From Rhizodiscina lignyota (Eukaryota), in assembly GCA_010015805.1 (NCBI GenBank), contig ML978124.1, forward strand, positions 1,178,001 to 1,242,000: a stretch of 64,000 bases of DNA, given 5' to 3'. The notes beneath the pieces were generated by a model, which had not been told where the DNA came from, ran no database searches, and saw only the letters and a list, made by a program, of their open reading frames with translations. A program made the position numbers and the translations under genes. Of the stretch, positions 42,724 to 54,203 are shown piece after piece (the first letter of the stretch is position 1; each line of letters starts with the position of its first letter).

Positions 42724-45700
42724 ATGCCCAGAACGCGCACAAGAACAACCGCCCCCGTCGCGCAGACCACTACTGAAGAGGAGGAGGAAGAAGTGCAACC
42801 GGAACAAGGTGGCTTACAGTTCAAGGAAGCTCTCACATGGCGCGCAGGCAAGCCAATTCCGGTCGCTGACCTTTTGCGTCGACTACAAGCATTGTCGAAA
42901 GAGCTTCAAGAGCTTGAGCAGGAAGAGGTCGAAAGGGAATCATTGATCCCCCCAGCAAAAGAGCTAGCGACGCATAACCTACTCGACCATAAGGACCGAG
43001 GAGTGCGAGCATGGACAGCATGTTGCCTAGTGGACATGTTCCGCCTTTGTGCGCCGGACGCGCCGTACACCGCGACGCAGCTCAAGGTAAAACTGCTGCG
43101 CGCAAACATGTCATATATGCATGTACTAACGATTGTAGGACATCTTTACTCTCATAGTCAAGACTATAATACCCTCACTTGCCGATCCTTCTAGTCCCTA
43201 CAATGCACAACATCTCTTCGTCCTCAAATCACTCACCGAAGTCAGAAGCATCGTCCTCCTTACCGATATACCCTCTTCGCAGAACTTGATTCACCACCTA
43301 TTTGAATCATGTTTTGATGTGCTGTCCGGCCCTTCAAAAGCTGAATCTGGAGAAGAGCTTACCAAGAATGTCGAGCACCACATGACAACGCTCCTCGGAG
43401 TGCTACTGGATGAGTCTCAGACCTTACCTACTGAGGTGATCGACATTGTTCTCGCTCAATTCCTTCGTGCAGATCCACGCTCAGTTGCGAGTGCTAGCTC
43501 GAAGGGCAAGAAGGGACAGAATCCAGTCAGTGACAAGCAAATGACGTTGCTCCTGAAAGAGGCCCCGCCCGCGTACAACATGGCCAAGAACATTTGTAAC
43601 GCTGCGCACGAGAAAATGACACGATATATAAGCCAGTACTTTAGTCAGGTGCTCCTCCAGGCAACCACTGGAAATATGACAAACGGTGCGAAGCATGGAG
43701 ACGATTCGGACGACGAAGACTTTGGCAAAGGACCATCAGAAGCGGATTTGCTGGAGAGCAAAAAGGCCCACAATATGATCCGCGAGCTCTGGCGGTCATG
43801 TCCTTCTGTCCTCCAGGACACTGTACCACAACTAGAGATGGAGTTAGGAGCGGAAGACATCCAGCTACGCTTATTGGCCACAGAAACCTTTGGGGACATG
43901 ATCTCTGGTATCGGTGCTGCTGGGCCTCCTGCGGCTGCTGTCCTCAATGCTTCCGCATATCCATCGCAGAGTCTAGCGCCACCATCCGATCGTACCCAAG
44001 TTTACAACTTTCTCACTACGCCCAATTCTCCGCTCTCCTTTACCGCCCGACATCAACAACCGTACCAGAGCTTCATCAGCCGAAGAAAGGACAAGTCCCC
44101 CGTTGTCCGCGCAGCATGGACGACAGGCATAGGCCGCATCCTCATGACCTCAGCTGGTGGTGTTGGCCTTGATCATGAAAATGAGGACCAGTTACTACAA
44201 TATCTGTCTGAAATGCTTGTGGATGGTGACGAACGCGTCCGACTGAGCGCTGTCAAGGCGATTGAGTCGTTCTCGTTCGATGATATCATCCAGAAGCTCG
44301 GCAGTAAGGGTGGTGCTATTGACGCTGGATCTGTGCTCGCAAATCTTACGGACCGCGTGAAGGACAAGAAGAGCCTTGTTCGCAATGAAGCGATGAGGCT
44401 CCTTGGGAAGATCTGGGGTGTTGCGGCTGGCGCCATTGCGGAAGGAAGCGAGAGAGTCAGCACTCTGCTTGGCCCAGTGCCGTCCAAGATCCTGGAGACC
44501 TACTTCATCAATGACCTGGAGCTATCTGCGCTCGCTGATCGTGTTCTCTTCGAATCGTTGTTGCCTCTGGACTATCCTCCTCTGAAAGCGAAGGCCGCGC
44601 AACTCGCAAACGGTGCTTCCCAAAAGGCAAAGGACAGTCAAACGAATGGATCTCAGGAAGATCAGGCTTTTACCGAAGCAGATATCGACAAGATTCGTGC
44701 CGAACGAGAATTAGTCCTTATTCGTGATCTAGAGGAGAAGGCTAAGACTGTCTTCTTCGTCAAAGGCGACACCCGTCGAAACGCCAAGTTCATGGAGGCA
44801 TTCCTTTTGCAGTGCGAGGCTTACAACGGCGGCGTTGTCGAGAAGGATGAGAAGAAGGTCAAAGACCAACTTGGAAAGCTTATCGATGCCTATGCGAAGA
44901 TGTTACCAGAGCCGTCTCGAGTCTCGGACGACCTCTGGAAATTCGCGAAGATGCACGATCGCCGTTCATATACTCTGATTAGATTTTGCATTAACCCGGA
45001 GAGTGACTACAGGAAAATCCAAAAGGCGATCAAAGAGTTCACCAAGCGCATGGAGGGTGCATCAGGCTCGACTGCCACGATGGTCGACACACTGACAATC
45101 CTCATTTACCGCGTCAGCGTGCTCTTATTCAACAGGAGTCATGTTCCTGCTATCATCGAGTATTCACGCACCGATGAGAGTGGTCTCGGTTCGATAGCAC
45201 ATGATGTTCTTAAGGAGATCTCAACACGGAATCCTGAAGTCTTTAAAGCACATACGCAAGAGCTTTGCCGTGCTCTTGAGACTGAAGCACCTTCGAACAA
45301 GAAGACCAACAGTGCTGGAACAGTCGCAGATCTGCGAGCATGTTCAGGCTTCGCCAAGCGCTTCCCTAATGAGCTGCCGAAAGATCGAAAGTTTGCAGAG
45401 GCCATGAAGGCATACGCGCTCTATGGCAGCCCCCCGGAGTCTGCGAAGTATGCGGTCTCGATTCTGCTAACAAACGAGGAGAGGAAGGAACTGAACACGA
45501 AAGAGCTACTTGCGCAGTGTTTGAAGGGGTTCACGTATGGCAGCAATCATTTTCTCGCCAGGCTTGCTGCCATGAGCCAGCTGATGCTCGTGGGCACAAA
45601 GGACGAGGTGGACGAAACCTACGATACTGTTAGCGAGATTGCAATCAGTCAAGTCCTCCTGCACACTGCCGATGCTGATGAAACTACCGATGAGTCAAAC

Positions 45701-47317
45701 ATGGACGTTGACTGGACCGACACACCCGACGAAAACTGTATCGCGAAGACTTGGGCACTCAGGCTTCTGGTAAACCGCTTGTGGTCATACGGCCCAGAGG
45801 AAGCCATTAACGAAGTGGCGATGCCTATTTACAAGTTCTTGAACAACTTGATTAGGAGCGATGGTCAGCTTCCTGGTTCCACCCCGACACCCGAGGCGCA
45901 TCGATCTCGGCTTAAGCTATTGGCTGCACAATTGATGCTCAAGCTATGCAGCTCAAAGCGGCTAGATGCACTTCTGACACCGGATGCATTCAACCATCTC
46001 GCAACAGTCGCACAAAGTCCCATCGAGCAAGTCCGTTCTGGGTTTGTCCGCAAGGTCATGAAGTATCTCGGCCAGGACAAGCTTCCTCGACGCTTCTACA
46101 CCATCCTATTTCTCCTGGCTTTCGAGCCTACAAGATCAACCAAAGACGAAGTTGTTACTTTCATACGCGCTCGTACGTCTGCCTTTGCTCGGCAGAAGGA
46201 CACAGCCATGGAAGCCCTGTTCGCGAGGTTCCTCAGCTTATTGGCCCATCATCCGGACTTCGACAAGGATCCAGAGTACATCAAAGACTTTGCGCAATAT
46301 ATCCTCTTCTACCTCAAGGGCGTTGCTAACGCCGATAACCTTTCCCTCATCTACCATGTTGCGCAGCGCGTCAAGAGCGTGCGCGATGGGATCGATCCTC
46401 TGCCGAAGGATCCTGCAGAGATGTCGCCGCACTCTGAGGCTCTATATATTCTCAGCGACTTAGCTCAAACGATCATCAGGCGCTATGAGGAGCAGCATGG
46501 CTGGAACTTGCAGAGCTATCCTGCGAAGTTGAAGCTTCCCGCTGGGCTTTTTGCTGCTCTACCCAATCATGAGATCGCGCAGGAGATTGCGATGAAGCAG
46601 TTCCTCCCCGAGGAGGTTGCAGATGCCATGGAAGATGTAGTGAAGGCGTCCCTGCGGGCCAAAAAGGTATACTTATATCCCTAGTCATAGCTTAGAGCTT
46701 TCCACCTTCGTCTCCAGAGAATATGCTGACATGTAAACCAGCGTAAGCACGACTCCGCCGACAAGGCTTCCAAGAAGCGTGCCAGGACATCGGCAGAGAC
46801 CTCGACCACCAAAGCTAAAGGTCCACCAACAAAAAAGGCCAAGGTCGCTAAGGTCGCTAAAACTCCAAAGAAGAAGAAGGCTCAGGAGGACGATGTCCCA
46901 TCTAGCGACCGTAGACGCAGCGGTCGTACGATGAAGCAAAAAAACTACGCCGAGTCATCTGATGAGGATAAGGATGACGAAGACGTGGAGATGGAAGATG
47001 AAGTGGAAGAGGAGGAGTCAGAGGCCGAGAAGGAGGAAGAAGAACCCGAACCCGTCGATGAGCCTGAAGAGCTCGAAGAGTCTGAACCTGAGCCCGAGCC
47101 CGAGCCCGAACCCGTGAAAGCAAAGCCGAAAGCAGGAAAGGGGAAGGCTACGGCCAAGGCCAATGGCATGAAGAAGGTGGGGACTCCACGCTCGACAAGA
47201 ACGAACGGAGTGAAGAAGAATGAGTCGCCGCGTAGCAACCGGAGCAGTGCCAGAGCTACGAGGTCAAAGAAGAAGGAACGAGACGTGATGAGCATTCCCT
47301 CTGATGATTCTGATTGA
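42724..47317 (+). CDS. PDS5: Sister chromatid cohesion protein Pds5 (Spo76/BimD), HEAT repeats with acidic/basic tail, multi-exon
   Basis: LLDHKDRGVRAWTACCLVDMFRLCAPDAPY, long HEAT region, FARFLSLLAHHPDF and a low-complexity charged C-terminus. Confidence 0.95.
47044..47112 (+). repeat. Coding (EP)n low-complexity microrepeat in the Pds5 tail
   Basis: GAGCCC/GAACCC hexamer units encode EPEP...EPEPEPEPEP. Confidence 0.6.
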
Positions 47318-47931
47318 ACGGTCGATTTCAAGTTTATATGCATTTCCACTGTTTGTATGCTCTAGCAATGGTGGCAAGCCATGTGCTCCCTTTTCTCCGA
47401 GACGTATCTGGTACTTTTGTTGCAGACAACGTTCAAGCATCATGGCGTTCAAGCATCGTGGCGCAAGGAGTAGCGTCGTCCATTCATCAATTTATGCATA
47501 TGTATCAATCGGGTTCAGAGCGACGGCGCAACACTGTCCATCGGGTGCGCCTGTATATTAGCTCGCGGATCCATGTGTCTATTAACAAACAACAGTGTAC
47601 ACACAGTCAAATAGCAGATTATTTCAGAAATTCGAAGTCCTCGGTACTTTACGTTTCTTCCATCTTTACTTGCGCCCGCCTGTATGGCCCCGATTTCGGG
47701 CGGAGATGTACCTAAGCCTAGGTGCATGCAGCCTCCGAAGACGCTAGTTTTAGGGCTTCTCCGGTACCAATTGGAACCCCCCAAAAGGCACATGACTCCG
47801 TGACATCACTAATCGTCCTGCTTGAGCTCCACTCAATCCTGACTTCACATTGCACTATGGAAATGAGGCATCTCTCCTCTCTGAGCTTGTTCTATTGTTG
47901 AAAAACTCTTGATTCGAGGCTGGCCGACATC

Positions 47932-48744
47932 ATGGCCTCAACTTCAACTTCCGCTCCAGCACTTCTTTCTCAGCACGTCCATGATGGGAAGTCACACCTC
48001 CTTCTTTGTGCCTCGGGTTCAGTCGCTACGATCAAGATCCCGAACATCATCACAGCTCTCTCACATCACCCTCGCCTCTCCATCCGCCTGATCCTCACCG
48101 CCCCGGCCGCTCACTTTCTGGCTGGCCAAGCAGCCGAGCAACCCACGCTCTCTTCGATCCGTGACTTGCCAAACGTCGACGGCGTGTATTTGGATGAAGA
48201 TGAGTGGGCCGAGCCGTGGAAAAGAGGTGGGAAGATCCTACACATTGAGCTGAGGCGGTGGGCGGATGTCATGGTCGTCGCGCCTCTGAGCGCAAATACT
48301 CTTGCCAAAATGGCAGGCGGGCTATGTGACAATCTGCTCCTGAGCACGATGAGGGCGTGGGATACCACGGGCTTGATTGACGGGCTACGCGTCACGCGAG
48401 AAGAGATGGATGGGAGTGGCAGTGTAGATGGGGAAGAAGAGGCTACACCAGATGCAGCGGCAGAGCAGGCGGATGGCAGGGCTGTTAGTGTGACTGCGAG
48501 GAAGGTGATTGTCGTCGCGCCTGCGATGAATACGGCTATGTGGAGCCACCCGGTCACAAAGCAGCATATGAAACTTCTTGAAGGGGAGTGGAATGTCGAG
48601 AATGGCGGGTGGATACAAATCCTCCGGCCAGTGGAGAAAGAGCTGGCTTGTGGCGATACGGGTAGTGGTGCTATGGCGGATTGGAAGAGCATTGTGAAGG
48701 TTATTGAGGAGGGGCTTGGCTTGAAGAGCAGTGGCTCAACCTGA
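47932..48744 (+). CDS. Phosphopantothenoylcysteine decarboxylase (HFCD flavoprotein)
   Basis: SGSVATIK, LHIELRRWAD (catalytic His), APLSANTLAK, PAMNTAMW and LACGD (catalytic Cys). Confidence 0.93.
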   Translation: MASTSTSAPALLSQHVHDGKSHLLLCASGSVATIKIPNIITALSHHPRLSIRLILTAPAAHFLAGQAAEQPTLSSIRDLPNVDGVYLDEDEWAEPWKRGGKILHIELRRWADVMVVAPLSANTLAKMAGGLCDNLLLSTMRAWDTTGLIDGLRVTREEMDGSGSVDGEEEATPDAAAEQADGRAVSVTARKVIVVAPAMNTAMWSHPVTKQHMKLLEGEWNVENGGWIQILRPVEKELACGDTGSGAMADWKSIVKVIEEGLGLKSSGST

Positions 48745-48899
48745 GTGGCCTCGTGAAGGAGATTTCGAGTCTGATCAACTCTTCTACTACTAGTACGACC
48801 TGCACCATGTGGCATAAGGAATCCCTCATCCGTCGGTTTTCGGTGCTCCGTGTATCCAGTTACGCTCCTCAACCACGGTATTGGAGCAACGCTGATCCG

Positions 48900-49409
48900 C
48901 CAACAACAGTCGTTCCCATCTGTCTCTCCACCAGTAGTTCAAGATATATCGATCTTGCAAACATCTTGGCTATTGGACGAAAACCTCCGATACCGAAGGA
49001 AAAGAGCCGACTCAACGGTCAGCGGCCCATATATCTGCAGTCAGCCGGGCAGCCATGGTCGTGAAGATTCGATGTGCCAATGGAACCCGACAATATAAGA
49101 GCGAAGAAGCGAGCGACGCGCAGAGGTACGAGCAAAATTGGATCAATGAGTGGGACATGCGGTTCAAATTCTGCGGGGATTCCTCCTCCTGGCGAGCAGC
49201 CTGGGTTTCGAAAGTTCGATACGACTTCGTCGGGCGCCTCCTCAACGGTTCCTCTCGAACTTGGAAATCGTAGCATCTATCGCCATCTGTGTTTCGAAGA
49301 CGACCTGCCACTCAGTGTTGCAATTTATCCTCGATGTCGCTGCTTGGCCTTTGGGTCCTTCGCAGGCATTAAATTACGCTGGGTAGATGCATTATCCGGG
49401 CAGTCGCTT
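48900..49409 (+). pseudogene. Degraded fragment resembling a conserved fungal F-box-associated protein region
   Basis: RSIYRHLCFEDDLPLSVAIYPRCRCLAFGSFAGIKLRWVDALSGQSL (49269-49409) resembles a motif I recall from ascomycete F-box proteins (RSxYRxLCSxDDPPRSVAICPQRRCVAFGCxxGIELHWVDALTGQ). There is no coherent gene structure, and similarity stops abruptly. Confidence 0.45.
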
Positions 49410-49443
49410 GATTGCCCAAAAAAGGAGAGAAAAAGAGAAAAAG

Positions 49444-49453
49444 AAAAAAAAAA
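49444..49453 (-). terminator. Oligo-dT Pol III terminator
   Basis: Ten consecutive T on the minus strand 16 nt after the B-box, followed by further T-rich tracts to about 49418. Confidence 0.6.
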
Positions 49454-49596
49454 GTGTTTGTCCATTACCGGGTTTGAACCCTAGACCTCCGGATTACCCG
49501 CGTTGCTCAAGCGCTACTAGAAGAGGTTAACGTGTAGATGTTCTTTTCAGATTAATTTTGAAACGCACAAGACAGACCAGAATGCCCGAAGGCATT
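49444..49596 (-). ncRNA. Candidate RNA polymerase III small RNA gene with apparent spliceosomal intron (49568-49517)
   Basis: 5' hairpin AATGCC-TTCG-GGCATT (49596-49581), intron-like GTGCGT...GTTAAC...TTCTAG, B-box GGTTCAAACCC (49480-49470), T10 run (49453-49444) and an upstream TATA. Confidence 0.65.
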
Positions 49597-49611
49597 AGCT
49601 AGTAAAACTTA

Positions 49612-49624
49612 TTTTATATATATA
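49612..49624 (-). promoter_or_regulatory. TATA box of the candidate Pol III gene
   Basis: TATATATATAAAA on the minus strand, starting 28 nt upstream of the 5' hairpin. Confidence 0.55.
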
Positions 49625-51268
49625 CACTGTAACACTTATCGAGACGTTAGTTCTGCAGTTGATTATGTTTGGAATTGGATACTAACGGACCTGCTATTCA
49701 CTTACTCAGCCCTCGGGCAAGACCTGGACTTTAGAGACCAGTATGTCTTCCAAGAGATATCTTGTACGCGGTCAAGGACATGGTCTCTATCCTGAAAGTC
49801 CTGCGCTAGGCCTGATTTGGACCATTGACATAAGAAAGGGCGTACGGGCTTCAATCGGCTGTCGTCGGCTCTTGAAGCTTTATACTCCGCGGAAACCCAT
49901 TATTTAATAATCTACAATAATATTGATGACTGCGCTCGCTCATTTTCACCTCATATCGCCTCTTTATCGCAACCTCTTGAAGCGTTATGTCGCGCAAGAC
50001 GTGTTCTTCGACACTTCCTTGTAAATACATACTCATCAGCATCCCTAAATTTTCCAACCGTCGAATCGGAGTCAACCATAAGATCCCCGACAATATTCAT
50101 GAGTTAAGGCTGTAAGACTAGATATAATGTCCTTTACCAGAAATCTTATCGAAGTATAACTACACCTACCTCTGCTTCTAATATAGCCCTTTCTTGCTAT
50201 TTCCTCATGCGACCTTTGTGGTTCGTGTTCGTAAATTTCTCCCCGCCTATTATGCAAGGACTTGGAACGAATTAAGCAGCTTCATCTCGGAGATCTGATC
50301 CTTTTATATCATTATTTCATGTGATGTACTTCATCAACAGTCGGAAGATTTCTACGCTCAGAAGGTTTCATCAAGCTGTTTCGGATATATCCTCTCACAC
50401 CGTTGCCGTAGAGTATCTTGCATAGTTTCCATGCTGATGCCAACATAGTCAATCGGGACGCATTGAAAGAGAAGGCAACTACGGGATATCGGCAGTCATT
50501 TGAAATTAGTTTGCTCCGACTTTAAGCTGCAACACCATGCAGCATGATTGTAAGCATCGTGACACTCATTGTGGAGTGCTCGTCTGGACAGGGTTTGGCG
50601 ATTCCACATGGAAAACAGTTTTGTGACGCCCCGCAAAAGAGCTGTCCTGCACCCCATCTCTCACCCGCCACCTGTCAGGCCACTCGCTGCTCAGAATTTT
50701 TTCGGCACTAAAAAAAGGCGGAACTTAATCCGCATTTGCACCACCATCCGGCCTCGGATTTGATGTCGGCTGGTCAATTCGGGAAGAATACTGCGAGGAT
50801 TTTGCTCACAGCGACCTGGTGTATGGCGAAAGGAATCAACGAGGCTCGGTCACAGCCCTTAATGTACAGATTCATCATCCTGTATACAGATCCAGGACTC
50901 CGCTGGAAGGACGAGTAAGCTTATTGCTAGGGACCGATGAAGATCGCCGGCGGAAATCGACCGAAGGAGCACTACCCCGGTGGGGAATGCTAGCTTGGCG
51001 CTGTCCACATGCAGCAAAACGTCGTTGCTCGTCGCCGTGCTCGGCTTGTCGGCCAGGTGGAACAGCGCGCTGGGAGGGTCACATTGTGCACCTGCAGGTC
51101 GTCTTAAAAGGCTCACTCGCACCCACTTCGTAAATGCCGTCGCTTCGCTTTCTGTCAGCGGGAGAAGGTGGATGCTTAATATTTAAGCCGCCGTAGCACT
51201 CGGGGCGTTGATTTGGGGTCTGAACACATCCTTGTTCATGATGCAGTTCTTCAAAGAAAGTGGGTAGA

Positions 51269-53036
51269 ATGGCAAGGCCTGTAAATCGTAATTTTGACAA
51301 TTTTGCAGAGCAGAACGGCGACGCCGAAATAGAGGACCAGCAGCCTCCAAGACAGAATGGCGAATATGGGGATGGTACGCCCATCTACGACGACGATCTC
51401 CATGTTCAGTGCCCTCCACATACCACCGAGCGAAAGCTAGTGAACAAGATTGATTTCCGAGTACGATTTGCGAATACTGCTATCCCATAATAAATGAGTT
51501 GACAATGACTAGGTGATCCCATGTCTCTGCATCATGTATCTTTTGGCCTTCTTGGACAGGTATGGCAAAGATATTTTTACTGTGCGGAGAGCTAAGCTCA
51601 TTTATATCTCGCAGAGTGAATATCGCGAACGCCAATGTCTTCCGCATGTCGAATCCGGATCAGCTCAATTTGACTGGCGTCAAGTACAATAATGCGCTAG
51701 TCATCTTTTTTGTCCCATATGTTTTATTCGAGATCCCGTCCAACATCCTTCTTAAGAAGCTTAAACCGAATTGGTGGCTTTCGGGATGTATGTTCATGTT
51801 TGGTCTCACCACCATCTGCCAAGGACTAGTATCAAACTACAGCGGTCTCCTAACCACGCGCTTCTTCCTGGGTCTGTTTGAGACTGGGATGTTTCCGGGC
51901 TGTGAGTAGAATTGATTTCATCTGTGGCTTGTATACGAAGTCACGGTCCGGGCCGCATGCTGACACGAAATGCCCCCACACAGGCTTCTATCTTATTGGC
52001 ATGTGGTATCGCCGTCATGAGGCTCAGCGTCGTTATACCTTCTTCTTCAGCAGCACGACGCTCGCTGGTGCGTTTGGTGGCCTGCTTGCCAGCGCCATCG
52101 GCAAGATGGACGGCATGCGTGGCTATGCGGGCTGGCGCTGGATCTTCATCCTCGAGGGCACTCTAACCTGCGTAGTCAGCTTCTTTTTCTTCTTCTTGCT
52201 GCCCGTCTTCCCCGAAGATGCGAAGTGGCTCACGCCGGAAGAGAAGCAGTACGTTAAGGCGCGTCTGTATGCGGACCAGGGCAGGAGTGCGGCGGAAAGG
52301 GCGATCACAGCGAGTGATGTACGGAACGTCTTCAAGGATGCAAAGGTCTTTGTCGGCGGCTTCATGTACTTTGGGCTCATTGTCACTGCCTATGGGTATG
52401 CGTACTTCTCACCAGGCATCATTCAAGGGTACGGCTACAGCCCGATCCAAACGCAGTTGCATAGTGTGCCACCTTGGGCTGCAGCTTTCGGATTTGCGAT
52501 GGTCGTCGCATACGTTTCGGATAAGTTTCGCCACCGCTTCGCATTCGTCGTACTCTGTCTTTCCGTGTGCATTGTGGGCCTTGGGATGCTACTCGGTATC
52601 ACTAAAAACACGCATACGGAGTATGGCGCGCTGTTCTTGGTGGCCAGTGGTGCCTACTCTGCTATGCCAGTTGTCGTGTGCTGGTTCAACATGAACCTTG
52701 GTAAGCTATCAACGGCCTCACTCTCGTACCGCTTCGCTGACAAGGACTACAGGCGGCCATCACCGACGCAGCATAGGCAGTGCCTGGCAGATCGGATTCG
52801 GCAACATCGGCGGAATTATTGCTGTCTATGCCTTCCTAAAGAAAGATGCACCGAAATATGTGCCAGGATACAGCATTGGCATCGCGTTTTGTTGCATGAG
52901 TCTGCTGACGTCTGCGCTGTACTTTGCCATGTGCGCCTATCAGAACAGGAAGAGACAGAAGACCGTCAGTCATCTGACAGACTATGAAAAGACGGAATTG
53001 GGCGATCTGAGTCCGGATTATCGCTATCTGCTGTAG
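51269..53036 (+). CDS. MFS transporter, anion:cation symporter (Dal5/Tna1-like) family, multi-exon
   Basis: ERKLVNKIDFRV, LAFLDR.NIANA, FEIPSNILLKK, RFFLGLFETGMFPG, GWRWIFILEG and the terminal LGDLSPDYRYLL*. Confidence 0.92.
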
Positions 53037-53249
53037 ATGATTAAAGAGGGGCACTAGGAGTTACGCATGAACAACACGGTCGTTTTTGGGTTGCATAGCT
53101 TGCGCTGGATATCGTAATACCAGGAAATGAGAACAGAAGTTTGGACTTTGATTGCATTTCAATATTGACTTCGAAGCCAAGTGGTCCTCCAGTCGATGTG
53201 GTAACTCCGGCTATGTGATGCAAACAGTAGAGACCCGAAACCCATCCGT

Positions 53250-53773
53250 TTAGTCGAACAGACCGAAGCCCATGTCCTCGTCTGACTCCTCCTTCTCTGT
53301 GAGAGAGGTTCGTTAGCAAAAAGTTCTGTCCTGCCAATGGTCGAGATGAACATACCCTCTTCCTTCTTCTCTTCTTCCTTCTCCTCTGCTGCGGCGTCGG
53401 CACCACCTGCAGCGGCTGCACCACCAGCTGCTGGAGCAGAAGCAGCTCCACCTCCAGAACCAACGTTCAGAAGCAGATCCTTCACGTCCTTGCCCTCGAG
53501 AGCCTATGTAACCGCATGTCAGACTTTGTTTGCCAACGACTTTCCAACTTGTCGCAGTGTCGTTACGCACCTTAGCGAAAAGGGTCGCCCAGATAGGCTC
53601 GACTTCCTCGAGTTTTGCGGCCTTGATGAGGGTTTGGAGCTTGTCGGCCTGTGGTAAATTAGTTAGAGATAAATTTCAAGTCGAGATGCGCAGTTGAAGC
53701 GTACAGTGATATCAACACCGTCATCTGCCAGGATGAGGGCGGCGTAGGAAGTGGCAAGCTCGGAGGTAGACAT
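53250..53773 (-). CDS. RPP1: 60S acidic ribosomal protein P1, 4 exons
   Basis: [34 protein letters not shown]...[22 protein letters not shown]...[13 protein letters not shown]. Confidence 0.97.
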
Positions 53774-54203
53774 TTTTGTTGATCGCAATCAGTTTAAACC
53801 GTTACGGTGGAAAGCGATTCTGTTGATTGATGTTGAAGTTGACTCGGCCTTGCGCTTTTTCGTAGTGTGCGGTGGGGCCTGAGCGCAGAGTCGTCCGAAG
53901 TTCAGCCGCACCCGGAAACGGCTAAACGAGCTTCCGAGAGGCAGTGCGGGGCAAACTCGCGTGTCCGCATTCGCTCATTAGCAAGAGCGAGGCAAAGAGC
54001 CCAGTGATTGGGATTTACTAATACCAGCTCCATATCTCCGCGTTTCCACCCACTTTCTATGCCGCAGATCAAACGTCAGCTCTGTGCCACTCGACCTGAT
54101 CATCTTGAACACCTGCATATCCACACTTTCACGAGCCTGACGACATCCCGCGCCGCCTCACGACTCGATCATCCCTTGGAGTTTATCAACCTCCACAACC
54201 AGA

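Noticed and set aside
48111..48872. 253-aa antisense ORF, and similar shadow ORFs over RSP5, MAG1, PKA and PDS5
   Set aside because: Antisense or alternate-frame shadows of real GC3-biased genes with no recognisable motifs.
49454..49497. tRNA gene call for the B-box-containing segment
   Set aside because: The T-stem pairs poorly (TAGGG versus CCGGT), and no D-arm, anticodon arm or 7-bp acceptor stem can be built.
49569..49596. U6 snRNA call
   Set aside because: Only the 5' hairpin and TGGTC resemble U6. The invariant ACAGAGA box and downstream core are absent before the terminator.
49630..50560. Relatively AT-rich stretch that could be a RIP-degraded transposon
   Set aside because: No terminal repeats, transposase or RT motifs are recognisable. 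A RIP-index computation and repeat-library search would be needed.
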